From IMG/VR virus record IMGVR_UViG_3300035498_000616: 64,000 nt of DNA. The stretch is one strand, 5' to 3'. A program made the translations under genes and the position numbers. The stretch is from an uncultured virus (IMG/VR IMGVR_UViG_3300035498_000616). Taxonomy: Duplodnaviria > Heunggongvirae > Uroviricota > Caudoviricetes. Positions 35,501-49,087 of the stretch are shown in pieces; the stretch's first letter is position 1; every line of letters begins with the position of its first letter. The notes beneath the pieces are model-generated. The model saw nothing but the letters and a program-made list of their open reading frames with translations. It searched no databases and had not been told where the DNA came from.

Positions 35501-38500
35501 AGAAACATTAGATAAGTCATTTTTTAGTTGTTTTAATCCGCTTCGATAAATATCAGGAATATTATATTCAAGAATTTTTCTTCGAATTACATCCTTTACA
35601 CGAGTTTCAATTTTTCTTTGTAATTGTAATTTAGTAATGGGATCGACTCTAAATCCGATTTTAGATAACTAATCATTAAGTTTATCAATTTGCTCTTGAT
35701 CTCTCTAATCATTTATATCAGCTAATTGTCTAACTCGATTATAATATCTGTTTCTAAATTCTTCATCAGATTCAGGATCTCCTGTTACAGGATCAACTAA
35801 TCGTTTATTTCTGTTTTCAAAATCCTCGTCGGATTCAGTATCAAGTTTTGTATCAAAATTAACATATGATTTTTTTATGTCATTAAACTCTTTACTTGAT
35901 ACAATTTCTGAAAATTTCTCAGCAAAATCTTTATAATCACTGGATGTTTCAGCAATTTCACTAATTATAGGAGATAATATACCTTCTACAGCTTTATATC
36001 GTTCCCAAGCTTCAGGCAATGATTTTTTTAATCCTTCAAGTCTAGCTTCAGGTAATGTTTTAGAATAGAATTCTTGTAAATCTTCTTTAGATACTTCTGA
36101 AATTGTCTTATCTCCAAATTTTTCTTTCCACAATTGATCAATATCAATTTTTAAAAATTGAGAATGTAAAATTGGATCCATTGCAAAATTTAATTTGCGA
36201 GTATAATCTAATGAAGTATCACCAGAGATAAAGTTATCTCTATCCTATCTAGCTTTAGTTAAATTGTCCAAAGCCTTTTGAATATTTGCTTCTCGTGCTG
36301 TTTTTTCTTCAGGAGTTAATTTATTTAAAGCAGTATCGTTAGGAATTCCAGCTCCCTCTGGAGTTCCATCAATTGTTTTCATTGCTTGCTTATAATCTAA
36401 TTCAGCTTTAATAATATTAGTCATAACATTATTAAAATCCTCATAATAATTAGTTGCAGGAGCAATAGATTTGTATTTCCAATATCTTTCTTCTGATAAT
36501 ACCATTTGTTTAAACAAATCATCATCAGTTAAATTTAATTGGTTATTATTTATAATTGTATCAATAGTATTAATTTTATCCTTGATTAAATTTCCAACTG
36601 CGTCGTTTTGTGATTTAGTTGAATCCGTAGTTGTTAACCAAACAGCATTACCGTCTTTATCAATTTCGTAATCAACAGCTGATAACTTTTTACTTCCAAG
36701 TTTACCGTGCTTACGTAAATCCTCAACTTGTTCTCGTAAATCATTAGCATGTCCATTACGAATTAATGTTGCCATTTCAACTTCTGGACGTTTAAAACTT
36801 TTTCCATCAACAAGTTCTTTTCCGTAGAAAGTTGCACCACCGACTGCGCCACCTAAGAATGACATTGCATATCTATCAAAAGCATTATCCCAAGCTCCAA
36901 CATCTCTAGTAGTTGTGTTAAATCCAAATGCTCCAGCTAATTGATAAAGTTGTTTGCAACTGTCAGTTACAAGTTCCTCTGAAACTTCTTCCAAACCTTC
37001 ACCTATTGATTTTCCAAGGAAACCTGTCATGTGATATTTTAAGTCGTCAGAAAAATTACTCATAACTCTTTTAGTGGCATCAGCTCCAGTTTTTATTAAT
37101 TTAAGTAATTTATTTGTAGGCTAATCAGATGAATGTTTAATAGCTTCAAACGCTTTACCAGCTGCTTTAATTTCATTTTTTACAGCAAGTCTGGCTTGTT
37201 TAACAAAATCTTCAGTAGCGTCATCAAAAAATAATTCTCCAATTCCAGCAAATTTATCAACAGCAAACATACCTAATGTACTACCAAAAGCAATTGCGGA
37301 TGCTTCTTTTTTCGTTAATCCGCGATCTCGCATATCTTCATAAACATCCGTATTTGATACTAATGCCATATAAGCTAACGATGCGTCTCGACCTAACTAT
37401 CCAGCATTTTTAGTTGCGGTTTGTGCAGCAGGTAAAAACTTTTTAATACACGCTTGACCAAGTGAACTATTCATCCAATCTTCTGCGCTTTCAGCCGCCT
37501 GTGCAGGAAATTCAGCAGCTTTTGCTTTATACAAAGCTTCTGCATCTTTCATTGCTTCGCCAACATAATCTTTACTGCCACGTAATTTAGTTATTGTTTT
37601 AGCAATCGCTTTTTGTTGTCCCCATTGTAAAGCAACATCGGCAATCAAATTTCCAAAATTTTCAAATGCGAATGTATGTTCTTTTGCATAATCTGATGTA
37701 CTACTAGTTAACTAAGAAGCTTTTGCCGCAATTGTATTCATCCATTTTGGGGCATCACTGTCTGTTATAAGAGCTGTAGTCATATTATAAACCATTGGTA
37801 AACTTTTGGCAATTTCACGACCTACTAATGCTGCTGAGTATATTTCTCCAACTGGGCCTAAAAATAAAGGTGCAATTGCCATTACATTTTTCGCAATAAC
37901 TCCAGGAATACTTTTTTCTATATCATCTGAATCAAAAAAATCATATTTATTAATTCCTTTACCGTCTACAGTCAAAGTATCCAATGAAGATAAAACTTGT
38001 TTACCAATAGGTGAACGTCCATTTAATGTTTCATAATAATATGTTCCATTATCATTTAATTTATTTTCGCCTTTTTTATGTTTAACTTCTCGTTTAGTAA
38101 TCGGATCAATATGTGTTCCGTCTTCATCCCATGTAGCTAACACTAATGGATCTGCAAATAACTAACTAATCCATCCAAGAGGATTACTTGTTAAAGCTTT
38201 ATCGTTCGGAGAATAATCTCGATATTCTCCTGTTTCAGTATCAAAAACTTTCTAAGTTTCAGCTAATTCTGAAACTGAAAATTCGGGAGCACTCCAAATG
38301 TTTACTCCTTCAATACCAACTTTTTGTCTATTAGGATTTACATTTTGTCCTAAATAAAAATGATTATCTCTTATAGGTGTGTCAGAAGTTATATCAGTAT
38401 CAAACATATCCAGTTCTAATCCTGAATATTTTCCTGTCTAAAATTTCTAAAAATCAGACAATTTCTAATTATAATAATTATTAAATTTATCCTCTGAAAA

Positions 38501-38668
38501 ACTTCCGTTTTCATCCTAAAATAAAGGATTCTTTTTAATATAATCCGAATTTAAATAATCTTGTTTGCTTAACATTTGTGTGTTACTTACATCCATTTCA
38601 GCAACATTATGAAAATCAGCAACAGAAAATTCAGGATTATTTATGTTTGCTACTATCCAATCATTCAT
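29561..38668 (-). CDS. giant RNAP-cluster protein with an SF1 (RecD/UvrD-like) helicase domain, 3035 aa (TAG=Gln)
   Basis: Nine fragments share one frame; start MNDWIVAN. Motifs are ITGGAGAGKT (~34001-34030), IVIDEATH, LVGDPR(Q)LG, SVEKMQG(Q)EFD and LYTLMSRG. Gly/Ala hydrophobic segments lie in the N-terminal part. Confidence 0.85.
32700..32850 (-). repeat. Thr/Ser/Pro-rich linker encoded by an imperfect tandem duplication
   Basis: + strand GACTAGTTGTAGGTGACACAGGACTACTAG recurs as GACTAGTTGGTGACGCAGGACTACTAG; protein ...SPASPTSPTTSSSSATTTPASSTTTTTSTSSPVSPTTSP. Confidence 0.7.
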
Positions 38669-40494
38669 AAAACGTCTGCACTTGTATTATTAGCTTTTTT
38701 ATTAAAATTTCTGTATTTAGTTTCTTGCTATACAGCTTCATCGTAATCTAATTTCTAATTTGCTCCATATACAGCAGAATTAACATTATTTGAAATAGGA
38801 ATATAAATTGCTGCTTTATAAATATCTTCTACACCAAACCAGTCAAATGGATTATACCAATCAAATGTATCAATACTTGGAACTTTAGTATTTTTTCCTG
38901 TACCTGTAGTTAAACTACGTTTGATTAAATCAATTTCTTGATCAGAAGGATCTTTTAATTTCTTTACAAAACTAGAATCTTTAATACCATTCTTTTCAGT
39001 TGTATATCCTTCAGTAACCATAAATGCTCCAAATTTATCACGATTCATACTACCATCATCATTATATAAATCAGATAAATCGTATTTATCAAGAATTGCT
39101 TTTCTTTGATTTAAATCGTCTACTCCACGCAGTTCTTCTTGTGCCTATTCAAATTTCTGTAATATATCAAGTCTTACACTACCGTCTTCATTAATAGGTA
39201 AATCAGCTCTAATTAATCCTGTATTATTATAAGTAATATTACCTAGCTAATCCATAGATACTTTCTAATCACCAAATGTAATATTGTGTACATCTTTAAT
39301 AATACTCTATAATCCAGAATCAGCAAGCATAGTTTTTAATGAAGTATCGACAATTGGTTTACCAGCAGGAGTTTTAATTTGCTAATAATAAGTTCCAACA
39401 ACAGACATTTGAATTCCATTTCCTGGATCTATCATCATCGGCTAATCATAGCCCCCAATTCCTTTCATTACATTTAATTCAAGAGATGTTTTCAAATCAG
39501 TATTGTCGGTAATTTTTCCGTTATCTTTAGCATTTTGTTTAGCAGTTTTTCCTCCTTCCAAATCAACATCAAATTGTTTTGTTGCACTAACTTTAGAAGA
39601 TATTAATTTTCCAATTAATTGTCTAGCTCCTTTCTCTGTTCCATCTGATTTAATCTATAATAAGGTTTTAGCATTAACAGGTAATGTGCTAAATATATAA
39701 TCAAAAGCGGCTTCAGCTTGTATAGCCTAATCTTTTGTAAGTAATTTCGCTTTATATAAATCTTCCGTGGTAGCATTATATGTACCAGTAGATTGTTTTT
39801 GAGCTTCCATAAAATCCTCTAATCCTTTAATTAACTCACCTTGTTTGGTTTTAGCATATCCAGTATTAGAATTTTCATTTGAACCTAAACTACTTAACGT
39901 CTAATTAATTAATTCATTAATTGTTTTCATACCAACACCATTTTCAACTAATTTAAGAATATTGGTATTGTAAGCTAATTTAGGATTATAAGCTCGTAAT
40001 TGTAATAATTCTGAGTTAGTTAAAGGAGAATATCCATCATTATCCTTTAACTAATCTATTGTTAATAATTTAAAATCTCCTTCTGAATTTGCACATACTA
40101 ATTGACCTCGATCACTTATTGCATATTCATTTAATCCACCATTAGTGCTAACTTTTGAAAAAGCATTATCGTATTCCTTTTTATTAAAGTTAGCTACTTT
40201 CATTTGATTTAACGCAGATAAATATCTGCTAGAAATACTACTTGTGTTAATACTATTTCCATATTTTTCATCAATATAAAAATTCTATAACATTGTAGTT
40301 AATGTTTGCATATCAGATGGAAGCCCATCTAATTTTTCTAACATTTTCATTAAATCTTTATCTGTTAAATCAGCAGAAGAATCTTTTTCAGCAGCAGCTG
40401 TTGCTTTTGCTGAAGTATCATTCATAACAACTGGATCATAAGAAACAAGAGGAGGAAGTGAAGCACTTCCTCCTTGTTGAAATTTAAGAATCAT
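38665..40494 (-). CDS. putative virion cargo protein, 609 aa (TAG=Gln)
   Basis: Start MILKFQQGG; fragments 40285 and 38755 are in frame; TGA overlaps the next ATG. Confidence 0.75.
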
Positions 40495-43400
40495 TCTATT
40501 ATTTTTACTTTTGGATAACCATATAATGATTTAGAAATTCTATCGAGAATTTTTTCATGTCTTTCAAGAGTTTTCTAAATATTCTTAGATAATCTATCTG
40601 CGTTAGATATTTTAGCTTTTAACTTAGCTATTTCAACCTATCCGCCTTTATCAAACATTCTTAAAGAACCTCCATTTTTTCTAAACCTTGTCGCGTGAGC
40701 AGTCCATCCACTACTTTTAGAAATAGGACTATTAGAATTACTAAATTCACTCCAATCATTATCAGAAATACCATAATATTTAGCTTGTTGTCTACGCATT
40801 GCCCAATCAGCAATCTGTTTAGCTTTTAAATATTTCTTTTGATCTTCTGCATTTAAAGATGAATAAGTATCTTCTCCAGATAATGTTCGATTCCAAACGG
40901 ACAATTCATCATCACTTAAATTATTTCCAGCATAATCTTTAAGACGATTATACACTGAATCTTGAATATCTTGTTGAGCAATCGCATTAGCTCTTTGTTT
41001 ATTTTCCTAAGCGTTTGTTTTTCTCTCATATTCAAATTGTTTAAGTAATGTATCAAGATTAGTAAATTGCTTACTAAGTAAAGCTTGTTTATATTTAGAT
41101 TTATTAGATGCGGCTTGTAACAATGAATTTCTATTCTGCATTGCAACATCATGAGCATTTTTATTATTTTCCCAATCAGTTTGTAACGCACGTAATGAAT
41201 TTTCACGAAGAGTTTGGTTGCTCTTTTCATTTCCCGCAATTATTTTGTCTAATCCTTGTGAAGCTCCTTCTAACTATAATGAATGTTGAGAATTAGGATC
41301 AGAACTTACAGGAGTTTGTGCTAAATGATATAATCTACCAGCAGCGCGATTTCCATTTGTTTCTGCATCTAAATCACTAGTTACAAAATAATTTTTCTTA
41401 AATGGATCCTACAATAATGCTTTTTCATTTTTAAGAGCAAGATTAGTCATTCGTTTATTATAATGATCGCCTAACCCAAATCTAAGAAAACCTAAAGCGT
41501 TATCATTGAGTTTATTAAGTAAATTATCAAGCTTGAGTGAATTTCGTTTATCAGGTTCGTTGTTATTACCGTTGAAAGGATTTGCAGCTGGAGAAGTTAT
41601 TGTCCTTTTATTTGGATCAACTATTTCTTCTTGAATTGGATTAACATATTGAGCAATTTGCTCAGCTGTCAATGTTCCAATTTCTCCATTTTGTTTTTTG
41701 TACACATATCCAGATTTACCTTCTCCAAGATCAATTTTATGAATACGATCTTTCTATCCGTTAAATTCTTCTGAATAAATATCTGGACGTCTTAACCAAG
41801 TAGAAGATCCAACTTTCTATTCCAAATTCTATTGATAACCAATATCCCAAGCATCTTTACCTGAACCACTGCGACTTCCATACATCTATTTAAATAATGG
41901 ATTTATTTCGTTTCCAGTTAATTCATTATATTTACGTTTTTGTTTCCAATAATTATAAATTGAATTAATATTCAAATTATATTTATTAACAAAATCATCA
42001 ATGCTAGAATATTTTCCTTGATTATAATAATTTTGAAGATCTTCTCCAACTTTTCCACTTTGAATATATGCTTGATTTCCAGCAAATGCTTCATTTAAAC
42101 TATCTGCGTGTCCATGTTTTTTATTATCAGTATTAACAATTGATTCACCAGCATTAGCAGAGTTTAACGTAGAATTCCATCCATCTAATGCATTATTTCC
42201 ATCAAATAATTTACTGTAATATTCGGGAGTCTCTCCTCCACTCTAAAACTTTTTTTTTAAGTTTCCTCCTTGCTAATATTTAATTCCAGCATTATTAAGA
42301 ATCTCTTTCCAATTCTCAGCAGTACGTTTATATCCACCTCCAAGAAGATTATCAAATACTAAATTACCTTCAGAATCAACTTTATTCTAATATCTGTTAT
42401 AAGCATGAGTGTGTCCACTTTCAGCAGCAGCTAATCTTTGTTTATAACGATCAATTAATTTAAGTTTATCTTCTAAAGTTCGAACTTCGTGATATTCAGG
42501 AGTTAAACCTTTATTGTGAATATCAAGATTTTTCTGATAATCAAGTATATCAGGAGTAGCAGCATCAAAATTATTTAAATCTTGTTGCGCTTTAGTAACA
42601 TTTTTATTAGCAGTATTAACTTTTTTAGTTACCTTATTAAGTTCAGCTTGTTTAGTAGCAATCTAACTAGTAATTGCAGCTTTCTTAACTTTTGAACCTT
42701 TACCTTTAATGCTAGATAATTGATTATTTAAATCTGATATTTCCGATTGCAAAGCGTTCTACTTATTAACTAAATCAGTTTGTTTAGTCTATCTTTGGGA
42801 AATAACTCCTTGTAAATTATTACGTTGTTTAATTATATTTTCAACAGTAACTTTTCCACCTTTACTTGTAATAAAGTTATTTGCGTCATTTAATTCCTGC
42901 TACATAGCAGCAGATGAACGTCCATTTAATTGTGATTTTACTCCAGCTTCGTCAGCATTAGCTAAACGATTTCTTTGAAACTCAAGACCTTTTTCGTAAC
43001 GATCGCTACGAGTTTTTAAGTCATCAATCACATTTTGTTTTTGCTTAGCAAATTCTGCATCAACAGCTTCAATAGTAGCACCAGGATTTGTTTTATTAAC
43101 AGATGTATCACCTCTTCTCCATCCTTCGTTTACCATTAATGTATTTCCGTTATCCGTACTATAAGCATCACGTACTCTAGCCTAATCAGTAGATCCTATT
43201 GGAGATTGCCATTTTCCATCTTTTCTAACCCATTGTAAACCTTTTTTAGTATTGTTAACTACAACAGAATGTTCTTTCATTCCTTCGTATTTATTTACAA
43301 CTGCGTTAATTTTAGAAGCATCTCCTTTAGCAGCTCTAATTGCGTCTGCATCAGCACCCATAAAACTGTACTTTTTAACAGCTCCAGTTTTATCTTTTAA

Positions 43401-45506
43401 GTCGATAACAACTCTATTTTGTGCTTGTTGTTTAAAATTATTATATTGTTTTTTATTTTTTAATCCTCTGACAGCACCTGTTCCTAAGCCTAATGTTAAC
43501 TAAACTCCGCTAATTAATTTCCGATAATCATCGACAGTTAATTTTTCACCATTAGATAATTTTTTCCAAGGATTAATCAACTAGTCGGCATTAGCAAGTC
43601 CTTGCATTGTCGAAAGTGCTGCAATCATTCTAGATCCGTACTTAGTTAAAGATTTAGTAATTTTTGCTACCTTTGATGTTGTTCCCACAACTGGAATAGC
43701 ACCTAATACATCCAATCCTAAGCCTTTGGCAAAATTACCAACATCACTCCACTGAAAACCATCTTCTTTAATATCAGCGTATAAATTGCCAACATCACTA
43801 GCAATCCCTAATCCGACAGAAGCAGCTGTTCCAACCCCTGGACCAGCAAATGCAGATACAAGAGATCCTAAATCAGCAGCAGCAGATCCTAATCTTACAA
43901 TATCGGTAGTTGTCCATCCTTTAGCGTCATGAGCTAAATTAGATCTGTCTGAACCGACAATGCGATTGTTTGCAACAGATTCTTCTTTGGTTCTACCTTC
44001 TTCTTTTGCTCGATTATTTATAAAACTATCATATTGCTAATTGGCAACAGCTTGATAATCAACGTTTCCTCCAAACTAAAATTTTCCTCCTTGTTTATAA
44101 TATTTAGAAGCAGGATTATCAATATCGGTATCTCCGTTTAGTTTTAAAATTTCATCCCACATTTCTGGAATATCTCCAATGAAACGTCTTTCTAATTTTT
44201 GAGTTGCGGGATTATATACAAATACAGTGTTAGTATGTTTATTATAACCACCATCACCCCAAGGAAGAAATTTTAATGTGTTACCGTCACGATCCGTAAC
44301 ATCTTTAACACCATTCTAGTCAGCATCGTGAAGAAATTTAGTTAATCTTCTCTTATAAGCAGAAGTATTACCAGGAGTTCCATCTTCATTTTTAATTGTT
44401 CCTTCAAACAATTCTTTATAATATTTTGGCGCGTTATCATGATGCAATTTTGCATCTTTAGAACTTAACCATTTTTCATCACTCCAATTACCATCATCAT
44501 CGTTAAATTCATCTGATAATCCTTCTGTATATTTTAAAAATGCGTTAGGATCATTCCAACCTCGTCTTTTCATTGATTCAACATAATCCGAATATTTTTT
44601 ATATTCTGAATCAACAAAATCTTTATGTTTTTTCTCAGATTCTTCTTTTTTACGTTTCTCTTCTTCTTCTTTCTATTTTGCTTCAATTTCCTCTTTTGAT
44701 TTATCCCAATCATCATCTTCAGCAAAATACTATTTATAAAAATCTTGTCCAACACCTAAAGACTGTAATGCTCTTAAATCATCATTATTAAAAGTTCCGT
44801 CGTTTAACAATCCAATAACATTATCAATTGCTTTTTTATATCCTTGCGTGTCTTTAAATGTTGTATCTGCAAAATCATATTTATCGTCCTCAATTGAATC
44901 ACGATATTCAGTTAAACGCTTAGCAAGAAGTTCTGCTCGTTTATTTCTTCCTTTTTTATTTGTATTTGGATCAGTTTCATCCAAATCCCAATATAAATTA
45001 ATATCTTGTTTTCCACCAGCAGGATTTTCTACCTTATTCCAATAATTCAAAAATCCATTTGATCCAAAATCAAATTTGTCTCGCTTTTTATTTTTCTTAG
45101 CATCAGCTTGTGCTCTTGCAACTTTATTCGCGAAAGATACTACTTCGCCATAAGCATTAAATGCTCTAGAAAAATCTTTCTTTTTCTTATTACTTAAATT
45201 ATTATATTCTTCTTCAGAAATAGATTCACCTTTACTATTAACATAACCTGTCGGAATATTAGCACCTCCGAATTCTCCACTTGTATCAATCAAATCTCCA
45301 GTATCAGAAGTACTAAAACGGTTGGATGAATCACTTAACTATTTTGACAATCCTTTAGCATATACATCGTATGCATTTTTGAATTGTTGTTTCTGAGAAT
45401 CACTCCAACCAGATTGAGATTCTAAGAAACTTCCTACATTATCACCTAGGTTATAAATGTAGTCGTCCAAATCTATATCGTTTTGTCCGTATTTGTATGT
45501 TGCCAT
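40491..45506 (-). CDS. large putative virion cargo/ejection protein, 1671 aa (TAG=Gln)
   Basis: Start MATYKYGQND; five fragments in frame; several KxQxGG motifs; Gly/Ala hydrophobic segment at ~43790-43900. Confidence 0.75.
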
Positions 45507-45517
45507 AGAATATATAT

Positions 45518-45556
45518 TAAAAATAAAGGGACATACCTTAATAAGTACGTCCCTTC
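45518..45556 (-). terminator. intrinsic terminator after the small Gln/Gly-rich gene
   Basis: Minus strand AAGGGACGTAC-ttattaag-GTATGTCCCTT followed by TATTTTT. Confidence 0.7.
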
Positions 45557-45571
45557 TATGTAGAACTTTTA

Positions 45572-45832
45572 TTACTTATTAATTCTACGTACTAATCTTC
45601 CACCTCTTCTATAAACAGGTTCACCTTGCTGAGGCTCGCCACCTTGCTCTTCAGGAGCTTGTTCGGGTGCTCCACCACCGCCACCAAGTTGTAATAACAT
45701 TTGACAAACTTGCATTGCAATTTGACAGTCTTGACCTTGAACAGCTTGTTGTGCTCCCTGCATCAGCTGTGCCATAGGATCCTCGCCACCACCAACGGGA
45801 CCACCTTCTTGAAATTTCTGTTTTAAAATCAT
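45572..45832 (-). CDS. small Gln/Gly-rich protein (86 aa), probable virion cargo
   Basis: Intact ORF starting MILKQKFQEGG and ending YRRGGRLVRRINK. Confidence 0.8.
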   Translation of the reverse strand: MILKQKFQEGGPVGGGEDPMAQLMQGAQQAVQGQDCQIAMQVCQMLLQLGGGGGAPEQAPEEQGGEPQQGEPVYRRGGRLVRRINK

Positions 45833-45942
45833 AATTAAAATAAATTAAAAATTAATGCACTAATCTTTATCAATAGAAAGTATAAATCTTTATATATCAA
45901 AATAATTTGATTCATATATTTTAATTATTAAATATCATATTA

Positions 45943-46527
45943 TTATTCTGGAACATCAACATATTGAGGAGCCTAAGTATCCTATTTATGTAATACTTTA
46001 AACATATATTTACCTAATGCTTTACAGTATTTGTCGTAATTATCCTTTTTATGTTCATGTGCTTTTTTAGCTTTTTTAATCAGAACTTTTGTGTGAATTC
46101 GACTACAAATACGTTCTCCTCCTTGTAAAAACATTTGTGTTGTTCCATCTGGAGCTAACACCTTCATTTGAAATTTGTCAAGCGTTTCATCATCAATTTC
46201 AAAATCGTCACCTTCAGTTATTCCTGAATCAGTATTTACTTCAAGAATATATTTACAACTAGGAAAATTTACCAATGTTTCATCTTCAGGTTGTGCTTTA
46301 TATACTAAAACTACTTCATCATCACTATTTATTCCAATCTAATCTAATGGAATTTTAGTATCTTTCATCCACATTTGGCGAACTCCTTCATCTTCCCAAA
46401 CAAATAACATACCTTCATCAGGTTGTAGATATTCAACATTTTGTAAACCTTTTTTTCTATCTTCTTCTGATTCAGCTACTTGACAATTATATTCTTTATC
46501 TCCAACAAATACTTTTACACGTTTCAT
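45943..46527 (-). CDS. DUF192-family protein, 194 aa (TAG=Gln)
   Basis: VAESEEDRKKGL..GMLFVW..MWMKDTKIPLD continues through TAG 46339 into KYILEVN; TAA at 45943. Confidence 0.82.
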
Positions 46528-48389
46528 CGTCTAGGAATCAATTTGCCGCCTCTGCGATTAACAGGAACGGTTTGAAGAATTTCATAAGCTTTATTATCTC
46601 TATTTCCTCCAACTACAGGCTAACTCAATGTCGGAACCTCTTTAGAATTTGAATCCAAGACAACAACCGTATTAGGATTACGTTCACCAGTTTTTAAATA
46701 GGGTTGTCCGTTACTTGCAGGAACAACGCCAGTTCTCATGTATTCACTAGTAGGAGATTCTTGTCCATCATAATAAAATTCTTTAGGACGTTCTTTTCGT
46801 TTACGATTTGATTTCTTGGGTTCAACTTTAGTTGTAATACCTGTTCTTAAAATAGGTAAATCATTTTCAAATGTAAGTTTAGGCATTTCATAAACTTGTT
46901 TTCCGGGAACACGAACATCTACAAAACTTTCTTTAGGAGTTTCAACAATTTGAGTTCTATAGCCAGGAATTTTATCAAATTCAGTAGGAGTTACTTTTGG
47001 AGACGTCGTTCGGTATCTAGGTTTGGTAGTTGAAACTTGTGGTCTTTCAACACGAGCCATTACATAATTTTGATTTTGAGTTCTAGTTCCGTTTTCAATA
47101 ATATTCTGTGCTCTGAATGTTCTTGCTTGAGGATCAACAAAACTAATATCGGTAGACGGTTTAGCATAAATAGGTTCTTCATCGACAATATACATCGGTC
47201 GATCTCCAGTTGAAAATCTACCAGCATATCGTCCGTTATTTCTAACCATTGCGTGCGATTGACTAGTATATGGATCTTCTCCTACTAATTGTGTACTTCT
47301 CTCTATTTCGTGCATTGGAAGTCTTTCAGTATATCCACCTTTTTCAACAGTTCTTCCAGGAGTATATTTTGGACCAGCTTTAACCATTGCAACTGCGGAC
47401 ATCGGATTAACTATATCTAATCCCATTTGTACTAACGGATTAAGATTATCAACTCTATCGGCAACAAGACTTCCTAAACCAATTGACGTATTACCGTTAG
47501 CCATTCCATCCATAGTAAATGAATTAACATAATCTTTCCAGCTATATTTTTCAGGAGTACCAGCTTTAATATTTTCTGCTATTCTAAATAAACCAGTAAT
47601 AGCATTATTTGGAATATTTATCATTCCGTTAACCATATTAGATCCTACAACAAAGCGTTTAGCTCCAGCAACTCTGTCATCATATTCTGTTCCAACTTTT
47701 CTTTCATATTCTTGTCTAGTAAGCTGATTAGCTTCGTTTCGATTAGCTTGATGAGCTAAATCAGCTGTTTGAGCCATTCTTAAATCACGCTATCCTCCGC
47801 CATCAGATTTAACAAATCCCCAATTACCTTTCTGAACAACACTAGGATCAAGCGTTCTACCTTGTACATTACCATACATATCAGTAAGATAATATTCTCC
47901 AGTTGTATAATTTTTATATACACGTGTTGAACCATCGGGATTATTTTTATCCTAAGTTTTAACAGGAATAAATCCTGATTGATTAGGGCTAATTTTCGTA
48001 TATGTTGCAGTAACTCCAATTTCGTTTCCAGCATTCTTTTTAAAATCATCGGAGTTCATCCACTTTTGAGCTTCATCGAAAGAATTAAAACCTTTTAAAA
48101 CCTAACCAGTAGATTTATCTACAGCACCGTACATACCAGACTACTTGTCTTTTGTAATATAATATCTATCAGTAACAGTTCCTTGTCTAGTTCCAATTTT
48201 TTCTCTTATGTTTCGATTATTATCACCTCTGTTTGCATAAACAGACGTAGCTTTTGCATTAGGACTTTTCATTTGCGTACCAAATTGCTACACAGTTCCT
48301 GTTTTAGGATTATACCATTCAAATGTTTGATCACCATTTCTTTTAGCCTAAGCAAAAGCTTCATTAAAACTACCTTTGTAACGGTTCAT
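46524..48389 (-). CDS. putative virion protein, 621 aa (TAG=Gln)
   Basis: Start MNRYKGSFNEAFA(Q)AKRNGDQTFEW, in frame with ORF 46620..47777; ends NRRGGKLIPRR-TGA. Confidence 0.72.
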
Positions 48390-49087
48390 TATTTAATTCT
48401 ATTTAAAATATTAACTAATTTCATTCCATCTTTACTAGTATAATTATCATCTACTCCGTTTAAATAATTTAACATGGATTCTGGTCTCCACCACATTCCA
48501 TATAATATTTGTGTCGGAGTTAACCCTTTAGTATTTTTTCCTTTAGTCTATTTCTAAATATCTCTAGCCATTCTACAAGCTGCATCAATTTGAGCATAAG
48601 GATCTTTAGCAAACTATTCTTTTGTTAAGTTAGGTGAATATTTTTTCCTAGTTCCATCTACAAATTGAAACAATCCAATACTTGTTGAATATCCACCTAT
48701 ATTAGGAATATCTGTCTTAAATCCTGATTCAACTTGTGCAATTTTAGTTAAAGAATCTTCTAAATCTTTATATTGTGGATTTTTTGTCATATAGTCAGAC
48801 ATAACTTTTTTAAATTCAGCGGGTGCATTTCTAGATTTAAATGTATTTTCAGAACTATTATATTCAGAACTATTATATGTTGTTGGCTAATTCATTCTAG
48901 AATTAGTCCATCCCTACCATCCGCTGTTATTATTTGTCGGAAGTTCAGATTTTTGTTGTTCTTTGCGCTAAATATAATCTGTCATTCGACTATATCTATC
49001 AGAAGTTGGAGTTACTTCAGGTTGAGTATTTACTATCTTATCAGGCACAACCTAATTATATGATACTAATAAATCATTCAGTTCCAT
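48389..49087 (-). CDS. lytic transglycosylase (SLT/lysozyme-like) protein, 232 aa (TAG=Gln)
   Basis: IAQVESGF (catalytic Glu) ... SIGLFQF; start MELNDLLVSYN at 49087. Confidence 0.8.

Noticed and set aside
45833..45942. Defined late-promoter consensus in the AT-rich gap
   Set aside because: There is no exact TAnnTTTG match and no second copy of a distinctive motif in the window to support a consensus.
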